A DNA stretch of 64,000 nucleotides from the human T2T-CHM13v2.0 reference genome, Homo sapiens, in NCBI RefSeq assembly GCF_009914755.1, contig NC_060926.1, one strand, 5' to 3'. The notes below the pieces were generated by a model. That model saw only the letters and a program-made list of their open reading frames with translations, did no database searches and was not told the DNA's origin. Within the stretch, counting starts at the first letter, position 1. Every line of letters begins with the position of its first letter. The translations under genes were made by a program, and so were the position numbers. Shown one piece after another: positions 1 to 14,740 of this stretch.

Positions 1-200
1 AGAAAGAGAAAGTAGATAGACAAAAGAAGAGGACAAAGATGCCAGCAAGGGAGACAGAAGAACAACCAGTAAAGTTGCTCTCTTTTAGGCAGGAAGACAC
101 CATATCAGGAAAAAGAGAGTGAACAACTGAGTCAATTGCTGCTGATGGTCAAGTCAGAAGAAGACTTGGAATTAACATAAGATCTAGCATCATGTTTGTG
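1..200 (+). mobile_element. Degenerate L2-like LINE fragment
   Basis: Purine-rich text resembling the L2 3' region (gagtgaacaactgagtcaattgctgctgatggtcaagtcagaagaagact); recognised by eye. Confidence 0.4.
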
Positions 201-912
201 TTATGTATAAGATATTAACATTGATTGCAGATGCCCACAATGTTTATGATCTGACTGAATTCTTTAGTGGAATCACAAAAGTTCAACATACTCAGATGTG
301 TACAGTAGGTTAGTAGAGTTTGTAGGGATAATTATGGCAACATATTTTATATTTCCTAAATAACTTTAACTTGAAAAATTCCTATGAGGACAGAGATACT
401 AAAGTACAGTGGATGCTATGTTTAGTCTCACTATGCAATTTAGTCTTCTTGTCTCTAAGATTAGACTTCTAAACATTCTTAAGATTTTGAGAAAGAGAGG
501 GAGAGAGAGAGACACTCATATTAATAGGAAAAATTGCCAAGATATGTCCTAATTTTTAAACCAAATATTTTAAAATATTTTAGACAAAAGTTTATATCTA
601 GGAATCTACTTCTAGATTTATTAGTCTTTACTGATTTAAAACTTTACAAAATAACAAATAATAGCTTTCACCTTTTTAAAAACTATTTTAAAAGACTAAT
701 GTAAGGTAATTTAGTGCAAAAGACAAATATCAATACCAACACCTAGTTTTAAGTTGGAAAATGTGAAATAAAATCTTATGTAAAATACATCAATACCCAA
801 CAATATAATAATAATGTAACATAAAATTACCATGTCATTGGTGGGACACACAATTTACTAAAGTGTAAAAACCATAACATAACTCTTGGAATCTCTATAG
901 AACTACAAAATA

Positions 913-1645
913 TAGTTGATGCTTGAACAATGCAGGCATTAGGAGTGGCAACTCCACAAAGTTGAAAATCTGCATATAACTTTAGACTCTCCAAAAACTT
1001 AACTTCTAATAGCCTACCATTGACCAGAAACTTTACTGATAATGCAGTAGATTATCACATATTTTGTATCTGCATTATATACTGTATTTTTAAAATAAAA
1101 TAATCTAGAGAAAAGTGAGTATTGACGGGGCATGGTGGCTCATGCCTGTAATCCTAGCATTTTGGAAGGCTGAGGTGGGTGGAACACCTAAGGTCAGGAA
1201 TTCGAGATCAGCCTGGCCAACATGACAAAATCCCGTCTCTACTAAAAATATAAAAATTAGCTGGGTGTGGTGTCAGGCACCTATAATCTCAGCTACTTGT
1301 GAGGCTGAGGCAGGACAATCGCTTGAACCCAGGGAGGTGGAAGTTTCAGTGAGCCGAGATCACACCACTTCACTCCAGCCTGAGCAAAAGAGCAAGACTC
1401 CGTCTCAAAAAAAAAAAAGTGAATGTTAAGAGAATCATAAGGAAAAGAAAATATATTTACTACTCATTAAGTGAAAGTGGAGCATCCTAAAGATCTTCAT
1501 CCTCATCATTTCCAGATTGAGTAGGCTAAGGAGGGGGAAGAAGAAGAGGGCTTGGTCTTGCTGTCTCAGTGGAGGCAGAGGCATAAGAAAAACGTGGATA
1601 AATGGATCCATGCAGTTCAAACCCCTGTTGTTCAAGGGCCAGCTG
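913..1645 (+). mobile_element. Tigger2a/MER28-like TcMar DNA transposon, interrupted by an Alu
   Basis: Termini (TA)tagttgatgcttgaacaa ... ttgttcaagggccagctg(TA) are inverted repeats with TA flanks. The body aligns by eye with the uninterrupted copy at 61249-61686. Confidence 0.8.
1125..1418 (+). mobile_element. AluS element
   Basis: Dimeric Alu with A tail; TSD-like flanks aaaagtgagtattga / aaaagtgaatgttaa. Confidence 0.95.
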
Positions 1646-2149
1646 TATGCTTAAACACATCCCTGGGGGTTGTAAAACTAATGTTACTGTTGTTTTCATT
1701 TTGCAATTTTTCCATCTTGATATAAAAGCAAAAGTAAAGCTAATCTATGTACAATTTATTATAGGTCAACTGAGAATGGCAGAGGACTCATCCCACCTTT
1801 GCCACATGGTGACTTGCCCCACTCCCCCAGGTGACCTTGCTCGTGCATGTGGATATTTGCTCAGATTAAGAATGTTTCCCACAAAATTGCTCACTCTCTT
1901 TCATTCTGTCCGTGGTTGGTTGTGGTTTATTTGTTGATAACTGAGACTATTTAAAGATTGCCAAAACAAAAGCCATTTCTTTTCTCCCCGAATAGCCTCA
2001 TTTTTTCTATTCCCTTTTTCCCCTCCTATTAACATTTCTGGGGACTCTAAAGCAGAGCTCAAGATGGTTCAGGACCACGGAGAGCGCAAGGAAGGGGAAC
2101 TACCAAAGCACTTTAGTCATGCAGGTGGGGAAAGAGATGATCCTAAAAT

Positions 2150-2456
<307 letters not shown>

Positions 2457-3139
2457 ATAGTGGAATTGTTGCCGGACAATATTTATTTAAAAGACATTAT
2501 TGTAAAGAGTAACAGTGTAATTCTGGCTCCTTGAAATTTGAGGGGAATGATTTTTCTGGACATTCGACCAGTGCTTTCTAAATTTCTCCACTGAATTCTA
2601 TCTAATGACAGATGAGAGGACACTGAAAGTAGGAGTAGCCATAAGTCACCAGTGCAAAATGTCTTTTGAAGTTTGCATTTATTGATTGCTACCATTTATG
2701 TAAAGTTTTACAGTTTTGACAGTCATAGGGTTCACCAATCCACCATAGAAGAGAATTAAGTCATGCGGACACAGCAGGGTTTAGAATGGATGAGTAGAGG
2801 AGTGTGTGCAGGCTCCAGTCCCCAAAGTCTCTAGGACTGTCCTAGAACCTGCAGCTCATCTGTCAATTCTGTCAACTACCCAGGATCCTCTCAAGAATTA
2901 TCCCCCCATACCCACCTTTTAAATTTCCTCAAGCTAGTTTCATTTGAGTTTTGTCACTTGCAACTGAATGAGCCCTGCTAATGCAGATAGATTCAATTGA
3001 GAAGGGGAATTCTAGGCTAGGAGTACAAGGTTACAGGCAAGGAGACAGGAACATAGCTTGGGATTTCCTGGGGCAGTGAGAAAACTGACTTTAAAAAAAT
3101 GGAATGGTTTCTAAAATGTTTGTACAACTTCTCTGTATG

Positions 3140-3720
3140 GCAATGGGGTAGGAGTATAAATTCTTTCAGCTTCTTCTGAGGGCAGCTGAACAAGAAGTAT
3201 AAAAATTTTGAATGCTGATAACATTTGACCTAGCAATTCCATCTCTAGAAATAAATTCTACAGTAGTAATCTTAAAAACGTATTCACTGAAATGTTATTT
3301 TCTCATAGAAAATGTCGAAACAACATATGTGTCCATCAATAGAGAACTTGCTAAATGATTTATACTACCTTTACATATTGAAATACGCATAGCCGTGGAA
3401 GATAATTTAGTAGATCTATATGTCCCATTATGGAACAATCCCCATGGTGGGGGGAAAAGTAAGGTGCAGAACTGTATCATAGATGTTCTCTCTCTCTCTC
3501 TCTCTTTTTTTTTTTTTTTTGGAAAGCACATGTATGCTTTTATATACACAGAAAAATTCTAGAATGGCAAACAAGATATCTTTGCAATAGTTTTTTTCTG
3601 GGAGGGGACTCATTTAAAAAAATTCTCCCATATTGCTTGTTTTGTTTTGTTAAAGACATCCATGTATTCCTACTTGGGTTAAGCCATGATAACTAAATAT
3701 GATTAAAGTTCAGAACAATA
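3140..3720 (+). mobile_element. Old L1M (L1ME/MC-like) 3' fragment containing a (CT)n-(T)n microsatellite
   Basis: Motifs tttgacctagcaattccatctctagaaat and tgtccatcaatagagaa typical of L1M 3' ends. Confidence 0.55.
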
Positions 3721-6700
3721 AAAACCTTAGAGATGTATACGTAAATATCACTTGCTTAGGAATTTCTAGGTAGGTACTATTTTAAGCCCTCTACATATAT
3801 TATTTCATTCAATCCTTGGAGCAACTCTAGGAGGGAGGTGTTATCCTCTAATTGCAGATGAGGTTGATGAAGCTTAAAGAGTAATGATGCCTTGAGTCCA
3901 TCCTCTGGCTCCAAAGCCCTTGTATTTAACTGTTCTCCCTTTTGCATCCCTGTGCTAAAGTGACTTTGCTATAATATCCACAAGGAAGAATTTCTGTGTA
4001 AAAATTAGACTTCCTTGCAGGCAGTCTATCAGTGATATCCAATAAAGACTCAATAATGGCTAACAATACAAACCACACACACAAGAAAAACTTCTCCTTT
4101 TGTGCCAGGTACTTAGATTAGGTGTAGTGGTTTTCTTAAACTGATTATCAAGGTAAACACCACCTCATACATTTCAGCAGAGAGCAGTGGTTTCTCTCTC
4201 CAGCAGTGGGAGCCATTGAATCAGGACAATGCCACACAGTTGGGCTTTCATGTTAGATAGATCACTCTTGTGGTTTTGGGGGATGGCATTATAAGAGAGG
4301 AGACTGGAGACAGGGGGGCTATTGTCATGCAGATTTGTTGGATGTCCACCCAGCATTCACTTTTTCCATCTTTTGCCAGGGGTACACTACACAACATCAC
4401 CAGTCATTTCATAGAATGGCAATTAGATTAGGCTTAGGTCTGCACTGCCTTCCTTCACTCCGCTCTGTCACTTGCCATCATTGTAAATGCTGACAACTTA
4501 GTGCCTTTCATGCTTCAAGTATCAATAAGATAGGAATAGTAATAGTATCACATTGAATTATTGTGGAGTTTTGAACAGATGATACTTGTGTTATCAGTGC
4601 TCAATAAATATTAGCTGTCCTCTTCCTTATTGTTGTTGTCCTCAACTATGTATTTTAAATGGGATTAGTCACACAACTCCTCATGTCCCCCACCCATTAA
4701 TACCTGACTCCTTTGCAAAACAAAGCATAGCATATGGTGGTGGGGATTACAAAATCGTCACAGAAATTTCATATGTAAAAAAGGGGCAAGAGTTGGCCAG
4801 TTTGACACTTCCTTAACCTATTTTATTTTTCTTAAATATTACAGTATCACCAGATATACTTTCTATTTATTTCTTCTCTGAGAGTATGCAATTTGTCTGA
4901 TGTGTTGCCTGCTGTTTTTGGGTGAGTGATAAATATGAGTTCTATATAGGGGGTGAAGAAAGCATTCCATGAGTGGGACTGTATGAACAATGGAGAAAAG
5001 TCATGAAGGAAAGATGGCATTCCATGTGGACTCGAGTAAAGTGAACATGATATCTTGTCTATAAGGGGGATCATACATTTAAAGCATTCAGCAACCTGTA
5101 ACCAACACAACAGTCTTTCCAAGAAGAAGAGAGTATGAGCTTTTAGAGGGGAAGAAAAGTATCCTCTTCCCTTGAGAAGCATTCAGAGCATCTAGTATCA
5201 CACTTGGGATATAGCAGGCATTTGGTACTCAATTAAAGAATAGAATGTGATTAAATAACTTTGAGGGCCCACATGGATGACTTTGAATACGGATCAAAAG
5301 TTTGGACTTAGCTTGTCAGTAATGAGGAGACTTTGGTATGATCAACAGGAGAAGTAACATAGCACATCTGAGATATAGAGTAAAATGGAAACCTTGAGCA
5401 AAGGTAGGCTAGTTAGGAGTCTGTTTCAATAGACCAAAGGAGATGGAGAGCATGAGGGGCTCAGTTAGTCTTGTGGTGGTGGAAATAAAGAGGAAAAAGC
5501 AGGTGCAGAAAACATTCAGAGGAGGAAACAATGGGCTGTTGAAACAAATTGGATATTTGGGACAATAGCAAGAGAAAAGTCAAAGATAACTGGGATTTTA
5601 ATCCTGAGCAACGGGTAGGCTAGTGAGACATCTAATCACTCTCCCCGTCTCCTTCCCTGAAAGTTAATTACTCACAGAAAAAGCATTAGCCAGAAGTCAG
5701 CATGTTTACATCAGTTCCTTAACCCTGCAAGTCCACATTGGTGATGCAGGTGGCCAAGACAGGTGCTGCACACACTGGATTACAGCATGGAAGAGGAGCC
5801 CAGGGTCATGGAGGCACCCAGCAAGTGGCAAAATATGGGCACCTTGACCTACTGGGTTGCCTATGTGACCAGCTACAGAAGCTGCTCAGTATCAGGAGCT
5901 GGAGCTGCCTGCAATCTGGCCACTCAGCAAGAATTTTCAGAGACTGTTTCTATTCCATAGCGGATGCTCCATCCAACACCATTCTTTTAAAGTGCGCACA
6001 TCTGATCACTTTCCAAGTATAAATGGCCTGAATTTATTTTCCTTTCTTTACCAAAATCCAACCTAAGTAATTTTTTTCTTTCCATACTCCTTATTCATGA
6101 ACTCTAATTGTTGGTAACTTTGAGAGCATTGGTCATCTTAATTTCTTACCACTAATGACATGACAAGTTAATTTCTGCAATAAGAACAGCTAAAATTATT
6201 TTTATATCTTCTAACATAATATTTTGTCATGAATGCTTTCCTAGAATCTTCCTTCTGGGATCCTACTTTTTATGTAGTTTGGAGATTCTCTTTTCTAAAA
6301 TAAAGATTAGCATGTAAGATAATAAAGTTATTATATATTTCATCCAAACTGTAAAAATACATTGAATATTTTACTTCTTAATTCCTCTAGGTAATATAAA
6401 AGTATTTTAGACAGTTTTATATTGTATTAATTGAAGCATATCAAAGTTGATTGATTTCTAAAGACTGTGAACTCAACCCACATAAGAGGAGGCAAAAGTA
6501 AAGATTAGAACTTGCCATTTCTATTCCAGTCCATTAATTCTAGCTTAAGCTATTTCTGATAAGTGTGTACTCTGGAGAAAAAAAAAATGTTATTTGAAGA
6601 GTGGCCACTATATTTGTTTCTGGCAAAACTAAAGTTTTAAAATTCCAGTTCCTCAACAAATGGAAGATGGAATTTTCCAGTTCTTCAAAGTATGATTTTT

Positions 6701-7477
6701 AGGACTTGCTACTAAAGGTTAAATTTTCTCTCTCTATTATAACATATTCATGGATCCTTTAGACATTAAAGTAAAGTTGGAGTGGAAGAGTAGAAAATAA
6801 CAGAATCTATTTATTGCTTTAGGTTTTCTTATGAATTGCCCCCTGCTCTGTCTCTAGTTTGTGACATGATGCTGATAGCATGTCTGTTAGTGTGTAGGTG
6901 ACGCTGCCTTCAGCTAGAAGCTGGATTCAACAACATTAGGCTGACTTGCAGGCTACAAAGCCTCTGACTAAGGTCATCACATCTGGCACCAGATTTGATG
7001 TCAGGAGCTGATGTTCTTTTCACCTTCTTCCCCCATGAACTTCTTAACTTAGTATTTCTAAGGATATTATACAGTGGCATCGTGCTGACTTAGGCTAGGC
7101 AGTGACAAATTTAATGTTACTTCACCTCTGCCAGGGTGAATTCAAGACCCATCACCGTGCCCAGAAACCCAATAGCACATTTGAATATTCTGAACTGCAA
7201 ACCTGGTTGCATTAACAAGAATAGTATGGGAATGGTGGCAAAAAAAAAAAAAAAAAAAAAGAAAAAAAACAAGTTGTGCAATAAATTATCAGTTTATTTT
7301 CTGGAGAAGGTTACTTTGAAGGTCACAAATTTCTTCTGTCTAAGGATCCTTGGAATGGTTTAAGAAACAGCCTACTTATGGTCAAAGTTAAGAAATGAAT
7401 AATCTCTTAAACTATGCCCCATATCCAAGACTCTGTTGTTTACAGATTATACCAAGAAAATATAAAACATAGGTCTA

Positions 7478-7698
7478 GGCCAGGCACAGTGGCTCACGCC
7501 TGTAATCCCAGCACTTTGGCGGGCCAAGGTGGGTGGATCACCTGAGGTTAGGAGTTTGAGACCGGCCTGACCAACATGGTAAAACCCTGTCTCTACTAAA
7601 AATACAAAAATTAGCTGGGCATGGTGGCAGGCACCTGTAATTCCAGCTACTCGGGAGGCTGAGGCAGGAGAATCATTCGAGTCCAGGAGGCAAAGGTT
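7478..7698 (+). mobile_element. AluS, 3'-truncated (no tail)
   Basis: ggccaggcacagtggctcacgcc ... ends at ggaggcaaaggtt without the rest of the right arm. Confidence 0.9.
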
Positions 7699-8823
7699 AA
7701 ACATAAGAAAATGTATAGTTCTTGAACACACCAGTCTATTGGCATTTTCTACAGCTAATGCTTCCAGTGTCTAAAGTGGTGTGACATCATCTATACCACC
7801 TTCATTATACTATTTTTGTCCTGTGTAGGTGTGCATAGTGAGCTATATGCGCCTAGTAATATGTTTATTCCTTGTGTTTAAGAGCAGGCAAGGTCAGAAG
7901 TTATACTAATTCTTTGGGGATGAGTTCATTGGTCAGTGTCATCAAATAACTTTTCTGAGAGCTAAAAGTTAGTCCAGTTATTGGCTTAACCAAAATGCCT
8001 AGGGTGTTACGGTAAATGATTGTTCAGTTCAGTCACAGACAGTTGATCTGGTAGGCCTAGTTGCTGGTGTTCTAATTAATGCCTTATAGTAGTCAATCAA
8101 AAATAACTGGGCACCGATCAGGTACATTACACTGATACTCAGCAGGGAACCAAGAGGAAATAACCCACTAAGGCATTAGCTAAATGAAAAGCAACCATAA
8201 ACTGGAAGCTAATGAGGTAGACATTTGTCATTATGAAGTATCAACCTGAAACTATGTAATTGAACAACCCAAATACACAGATGAGTTCTGAATCACCCAA
8301 CCAAGCAGGGATCCAAAGGATCCCAAATTCGCCCTGTTTAAACGGAGCTGTCTCTGCCTGGAAGAATAGGGAAGATAATAGAAGTTAAGGCTGGCAGTTA
8401 AATGACATTGAAGCCAGTATATTCTCAAAGAGAGAAACTCCACTCATGTTTATGTGTGAATCATTTGGGGATTGGGGTGCTCACGCAAAGTTAGATTCCT
8501 AGGATCCGCATGAGACCTAATAAATAAAAAATCCAGCATGCACCTTTTTAACAAGCTCTTCAGTGAATTCCGCAGTCAGTGGTTTACAGTTCACATGTTG
8601 ACAGATACCCTTTATGGTTTCACATAGATCCCTAGGTCTTTCCTGTTTGTATTGGTAAAGTCTAACTTAACTGCATTGTTAAGGTTATACAAAGGCTAGT
8701 TTAAAGGTATAGGAATTCAGAATGATATGATAATTTGGAGGGCATTATTTCTCCTATTACTTGTTTGAATCAGGAGTTGCAAACTTCTGGCCTGCTGGCC
8801 AGATGTGGTTGGTCCATCTATAG

Positions 8824-9160
<337 letters not shown>

Positions 9161-9252
9161 AGTATTTTTTAAATTATTTGCCAACGTTAAACATTAGAAG
9201 ATGATACAGCAAAATCTGAAATTCTAGTTTCTCTTTAAAAATCAGATGACCT

Positions 9253-9611
<359 letters not shown>

Positions 9612-11184
9612 TCAGTCAGCTAGAATTGAAAAGCAGCTGCCCCTTTCAATGTGTAGTTTTCCATAGTCCCATGACTCCAGATCATTTCCCTGACACCATG
9701 GCCAAATGTCAGGTGCCATTTGTCACCACGATGCTTCAGATGCTCTCTTCCACCCGGCCCACTTGACTCGTTTATATCACCTGCCTATATCCTCTAGGCA
9801 CTTGAATTTATGACCACTGTCTTAAGGGTACTTCAAAACCAATTGCTTTTGAACAGTATTTGATGATGAAGACAGATATTCCACATTCAGACTTATTCTG
9901 ATGCATTCCCCTGGGATCCACATACTATGCTCCTGGGCAGAATCTGGGCTAATTCATTTAAAGAATGCTCATTAATCAAAAGAAAGTCCAATCTAACTCA
10001 AGTCTTTCTAGGAGACTACACAATTTGCCATGTCTAATTGATGTACATATTTTATTTTCTATTTTCTACAGCGAAAGGAAAGATACTGCTTAAGAGGCTG
10101 TTGTTTTACAGAAAACACAGCTGTTTACAGTCATTTACAAAAATTTAACCATTTTAAAAACCACTCTAAAATACTCATCCTTGTGTAATTCTGATGTGTC
10201 AATGTAGGTTCATCAATTGTAACAAATATACCCTCTGATGGGAAGGCTGATAATGTAGGAGGCTATGCAGGGGGTGTATGGGGAATCTCTGTACTTTCTG
10301 TTTAATTTTGCTGTGAACCTAAAACTGCTCTTTTAAAAAAAGTCTCAAAAAAATTTCATCTGAAATAAATCTGAGGTGCTTAACAGCCCAAGAATATTCA
10401 ATGGTCAATATTCCCTATGTTTTTTCTACTTCATAAAAAATATAGTTTAAAATATTTCACATTATTGCTCAGTAGAACCTTGAAAATTGAACATGCTATC
10501 TTTTTTCCTAGGTCAAATATGACATGGCATTGCAAAATAAGCCTTTCCCCTCATTACTTTCACTCCCTTGATTATGTGCACTAAAAACAAGTCTCAAGAA
10601 AATCCAAGGTAAAAACCTGTTGGTAAAATATTAAGTTCAGGTTTAAATGTGAAAACTACATATTGTGTGTGTTTTTTTTTTTTTTTTTTTCTGAAAAAAA
10701 TTCAAGTCTCTCTTTTAGCTAGGGCAGCTGAAGATCTGTGGGTGCATTCACAGTAATTTAGGTTTGGGTTTCAAGTCTCTCCCATTTTGGCACTGTGAAT
10801 TTGAACTAGTTACTTTGTTTCTGTAAAATGAGATAATAATCCGACCTCATAGACTCATTAAAAGGATAAAAGTAGTTTGATGAATAAAGTACACAGCACA
10901 CACTCAATAAATTATAGCCCTTATTTTAATTAGTGACAGTGAATTTCTTTCTGTACTGACCAAACAGTATCTCCACAGGACCTAAGAAAAGTGCTTTAAA
11001 AAGGAAGTCATAAACCCTTTTTTTGGCTTTTCTTTTAAGCAGCTTTATTCACCCAACAAAAGGAAAGTGAATTTCTTTTCCATGACAACATTGTTTAGGC
11101 TAATAGCCAGTTATCACTTCTACCTAAGACTCCATCTTGCTCAGTCTTATATTTCTCAGGTAAACACTCCAAAGAATTCCATAG

Positions 11185-11500
<316 letters not shown>

Positions 11501-13044
11501 TAAAAATTGACTTTTACTTTTGAAAGTCATACCAGGAAAGCTATTAACACAGATCAAAAAGGGGTTGCCAGAAAGTTAGCTGGTGTGTCAAAGAATAATG
11601 ATGAAGAAATGGGGCCTGTAACTGGGCCAGGAAGATGAGCAAACAGCATCCGTGGCATCAGTCAAACCTTCCCTCTGTTCCTCCAGGCTTCTGGTACCCC
11701 CATCCTCTCCTGTGTCTGCCACTCAGCCTCTTCCTTTTTTCCACCCAAAGCAGAAAATTGAATATGAATGATGGCAAGGTTGATATTATAGTTAACATTT
11801 TTTGAGCCCCCTACTATGTTCCAGTCACAGAGCTATATGCTTTATTCACCTTAACTAAGCTTAACAAAAAGCCACAAAGAGAAGAACTGTTGCCCCATTT
11901 CAGAAGTTGGTCATACCACCCAGTCCTTAGGCTAGAGCTGGGACTGAAGCTTGGGTTTATCTGATTTCAAGCTACTTCTAAATGCAATAGTGACTAGTAC
12001 TGGCTTTTTTTGTTTGTTTGTTTGTTTTTTAAGCAGTGAATGAACTTTTAATGTTTTTCATATTAAATTAAAAAAACTAATTTGTTCTTTGCTTGAGTTA
12101 GTGTCCACAGTCATTGACTTTGTTGTATTTTTTTCACCCCTGCCCCCTGCCCCATGACTTACTGGCTCTCAATAGCTGGAAATGTGTTTAAGTTTTGCTC
12201 TAATTTTTTTATTTTAATAATTATTTATTATTCTATAATTTAGGAGTTTTATTTGTTCAGAGCTGTCATTACCTCTTATAGACATCATAACACAAAATAT
12301 ATTTATTAAGTAATTGTGAGTTGTATTTAGCTTCTGACTACTTCTTGGTCCTGCTTCTTCATTCCAAAATATAGCAAAGGTGTATATTTCATTCTTCTCA
12401 TTTTCTACACTATAAAAGTTTTAATAAAATCTATATGAATTTTTTAAATATGAAAAATTATGGTGATTCTTATTTGTATCTTGAAATTTTACCTTTCCTT
12501 TGGCTCAGCAACTCTTAGTTCTAGTCATATTTTAATCTTTTTGTCATCTTTGATTTTTTTCTAATATGCTATTTACGTTTTACTCTAGATCTTAGAATCT
12601 TAAAATAATCTGGAAGAGATCCTCTTAGAAAAAATTTCGTGTTATTATGTCATCTTATAGTTGAGAAAATTAAGTTTCAGGGGGTTTGAATGACTTACTC
12701 AAGGCCACATAGCTAGTGGTAGAGCTGAAAATCATATCCTGTGAACTTCCCAATTTTCTATGCTTTCTTGCTCATTGTAAGTCAAAGGCATTAGGGAAAA
12801 AAAGAAAAAAACTTCTGTTAGGCCCACAAATAGCTTTATAGCTTTATGTAACAATTTTTACCATAGCCTGTTAGACCTATACCTCCCCTGACTCTTCTAG
12901 TCCCACTCTGTAATAGCTTGTTTGTTTTGGCTTATATTATATTCATTTGAGAAATTAATTTTACAGCTCTGGGCTATTATTTAGTCAAATGAATTTAATT
13001 TTTTGGGGATGCTTGCTCTTTTGCGTACATTAAGAAAGAAATGT

Positions 13045-13350
13045 GGCCAGGCACGGTGGCTCACGCCTGTAATCCCAGCACTTTGGGAGGCCAGAGCGGG
13101 TGGATCACCTAAGGTCAGGAGTTTGAGATCAGCCTGGCCAACATGGTGAAACCCTGTCTCTACTAAAAATACAAAAATTAGCTGGGTGTGGTGGTGGGCA
13201 CCTGTAATCCTAGCTATACAGGAGGCTGAGGCAAGAGAATCGCTTGAACTGGGGGGCTGAGGTCGCAATGAGCCGAGATCGTGCCACTGCACTCCAGCTT
13301 AGGCGGCATAGTAATATTTTGTCTCAAAAAAAAAAAAAAAAAAAGAAAAT
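13045..13350 (+). mobile_element. AluS element
   Basis: Full dimer with A tail. Confidence 0.95.
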
Positions 13351-13389
13351 AAATGTTTGGGTCATATTGGCAGTTCAACTCAAAGAGTG

Positions 13390-14050
<661 letters not shown>

Positions 14051-14346
14051 CAGTCAATTTGCACTGTTTCTTAAAATTCTAGATTGTATTCTGCTTAATA
14101 TTTGGATGTATAGTCTAGATTAGCTGTCAGCATTTCCTAATAACTAAGTCCCATGGCACTTGAATACTGCCAACTTAAAATGGATAAAATGGTGCACTAG
14201 ACTTACCCTGGAAATTTATGAATAATATATTTTTCTTAAAAGAAATCCTTGTTTTTATAAGGAAATGCATACTGCAGCAAAGGGGCATCTTATCTGCAAT
14301 GTACATGAAAACAATTCAGAAAAAAATGTGGATAGATAGATACACC

Positions 14347-14740
14347 TATCTTAGTCCAATTTATGCTGCTATAATAGAATAACACATACTGGGTAATTTA
14401 TGATCAACAGATATTTGGGCAATTTATAATGAACTGACATTTATTTGACTCATGGTTCTGGAGGCTGGGAAGTCCAAGTTCAAGGGACTAAATCTTCTGA
14501 TGGCCTTCGTGCTGGATCATAAATCATGGAAGACATCACATGGGCAAGAGACGGCAAGATGGGGCTGAGCTCGATTCTATAACAAACCCATTCCCACAAT
14601 AACCACACTAATGTATTCATGAAGGCAGACAGCCCCTCATGATTGAATCACACCCCAGTAGGCCCCACCTCCCAACGCTGTTGCATTGGGGATTAAGGTT
14701 CTAACACAAGACCTTTGGGGAAAACATACAAACCACAGTA
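14347..14740 (-). mobile_element. MST-family (ERVL-MaLR) solo LTR
   Basis: tcttagtcc ... ggttctggaggctgggaagtccaag ... gcattggggattaag ... aaaccacagta. Confidence 0.8.
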
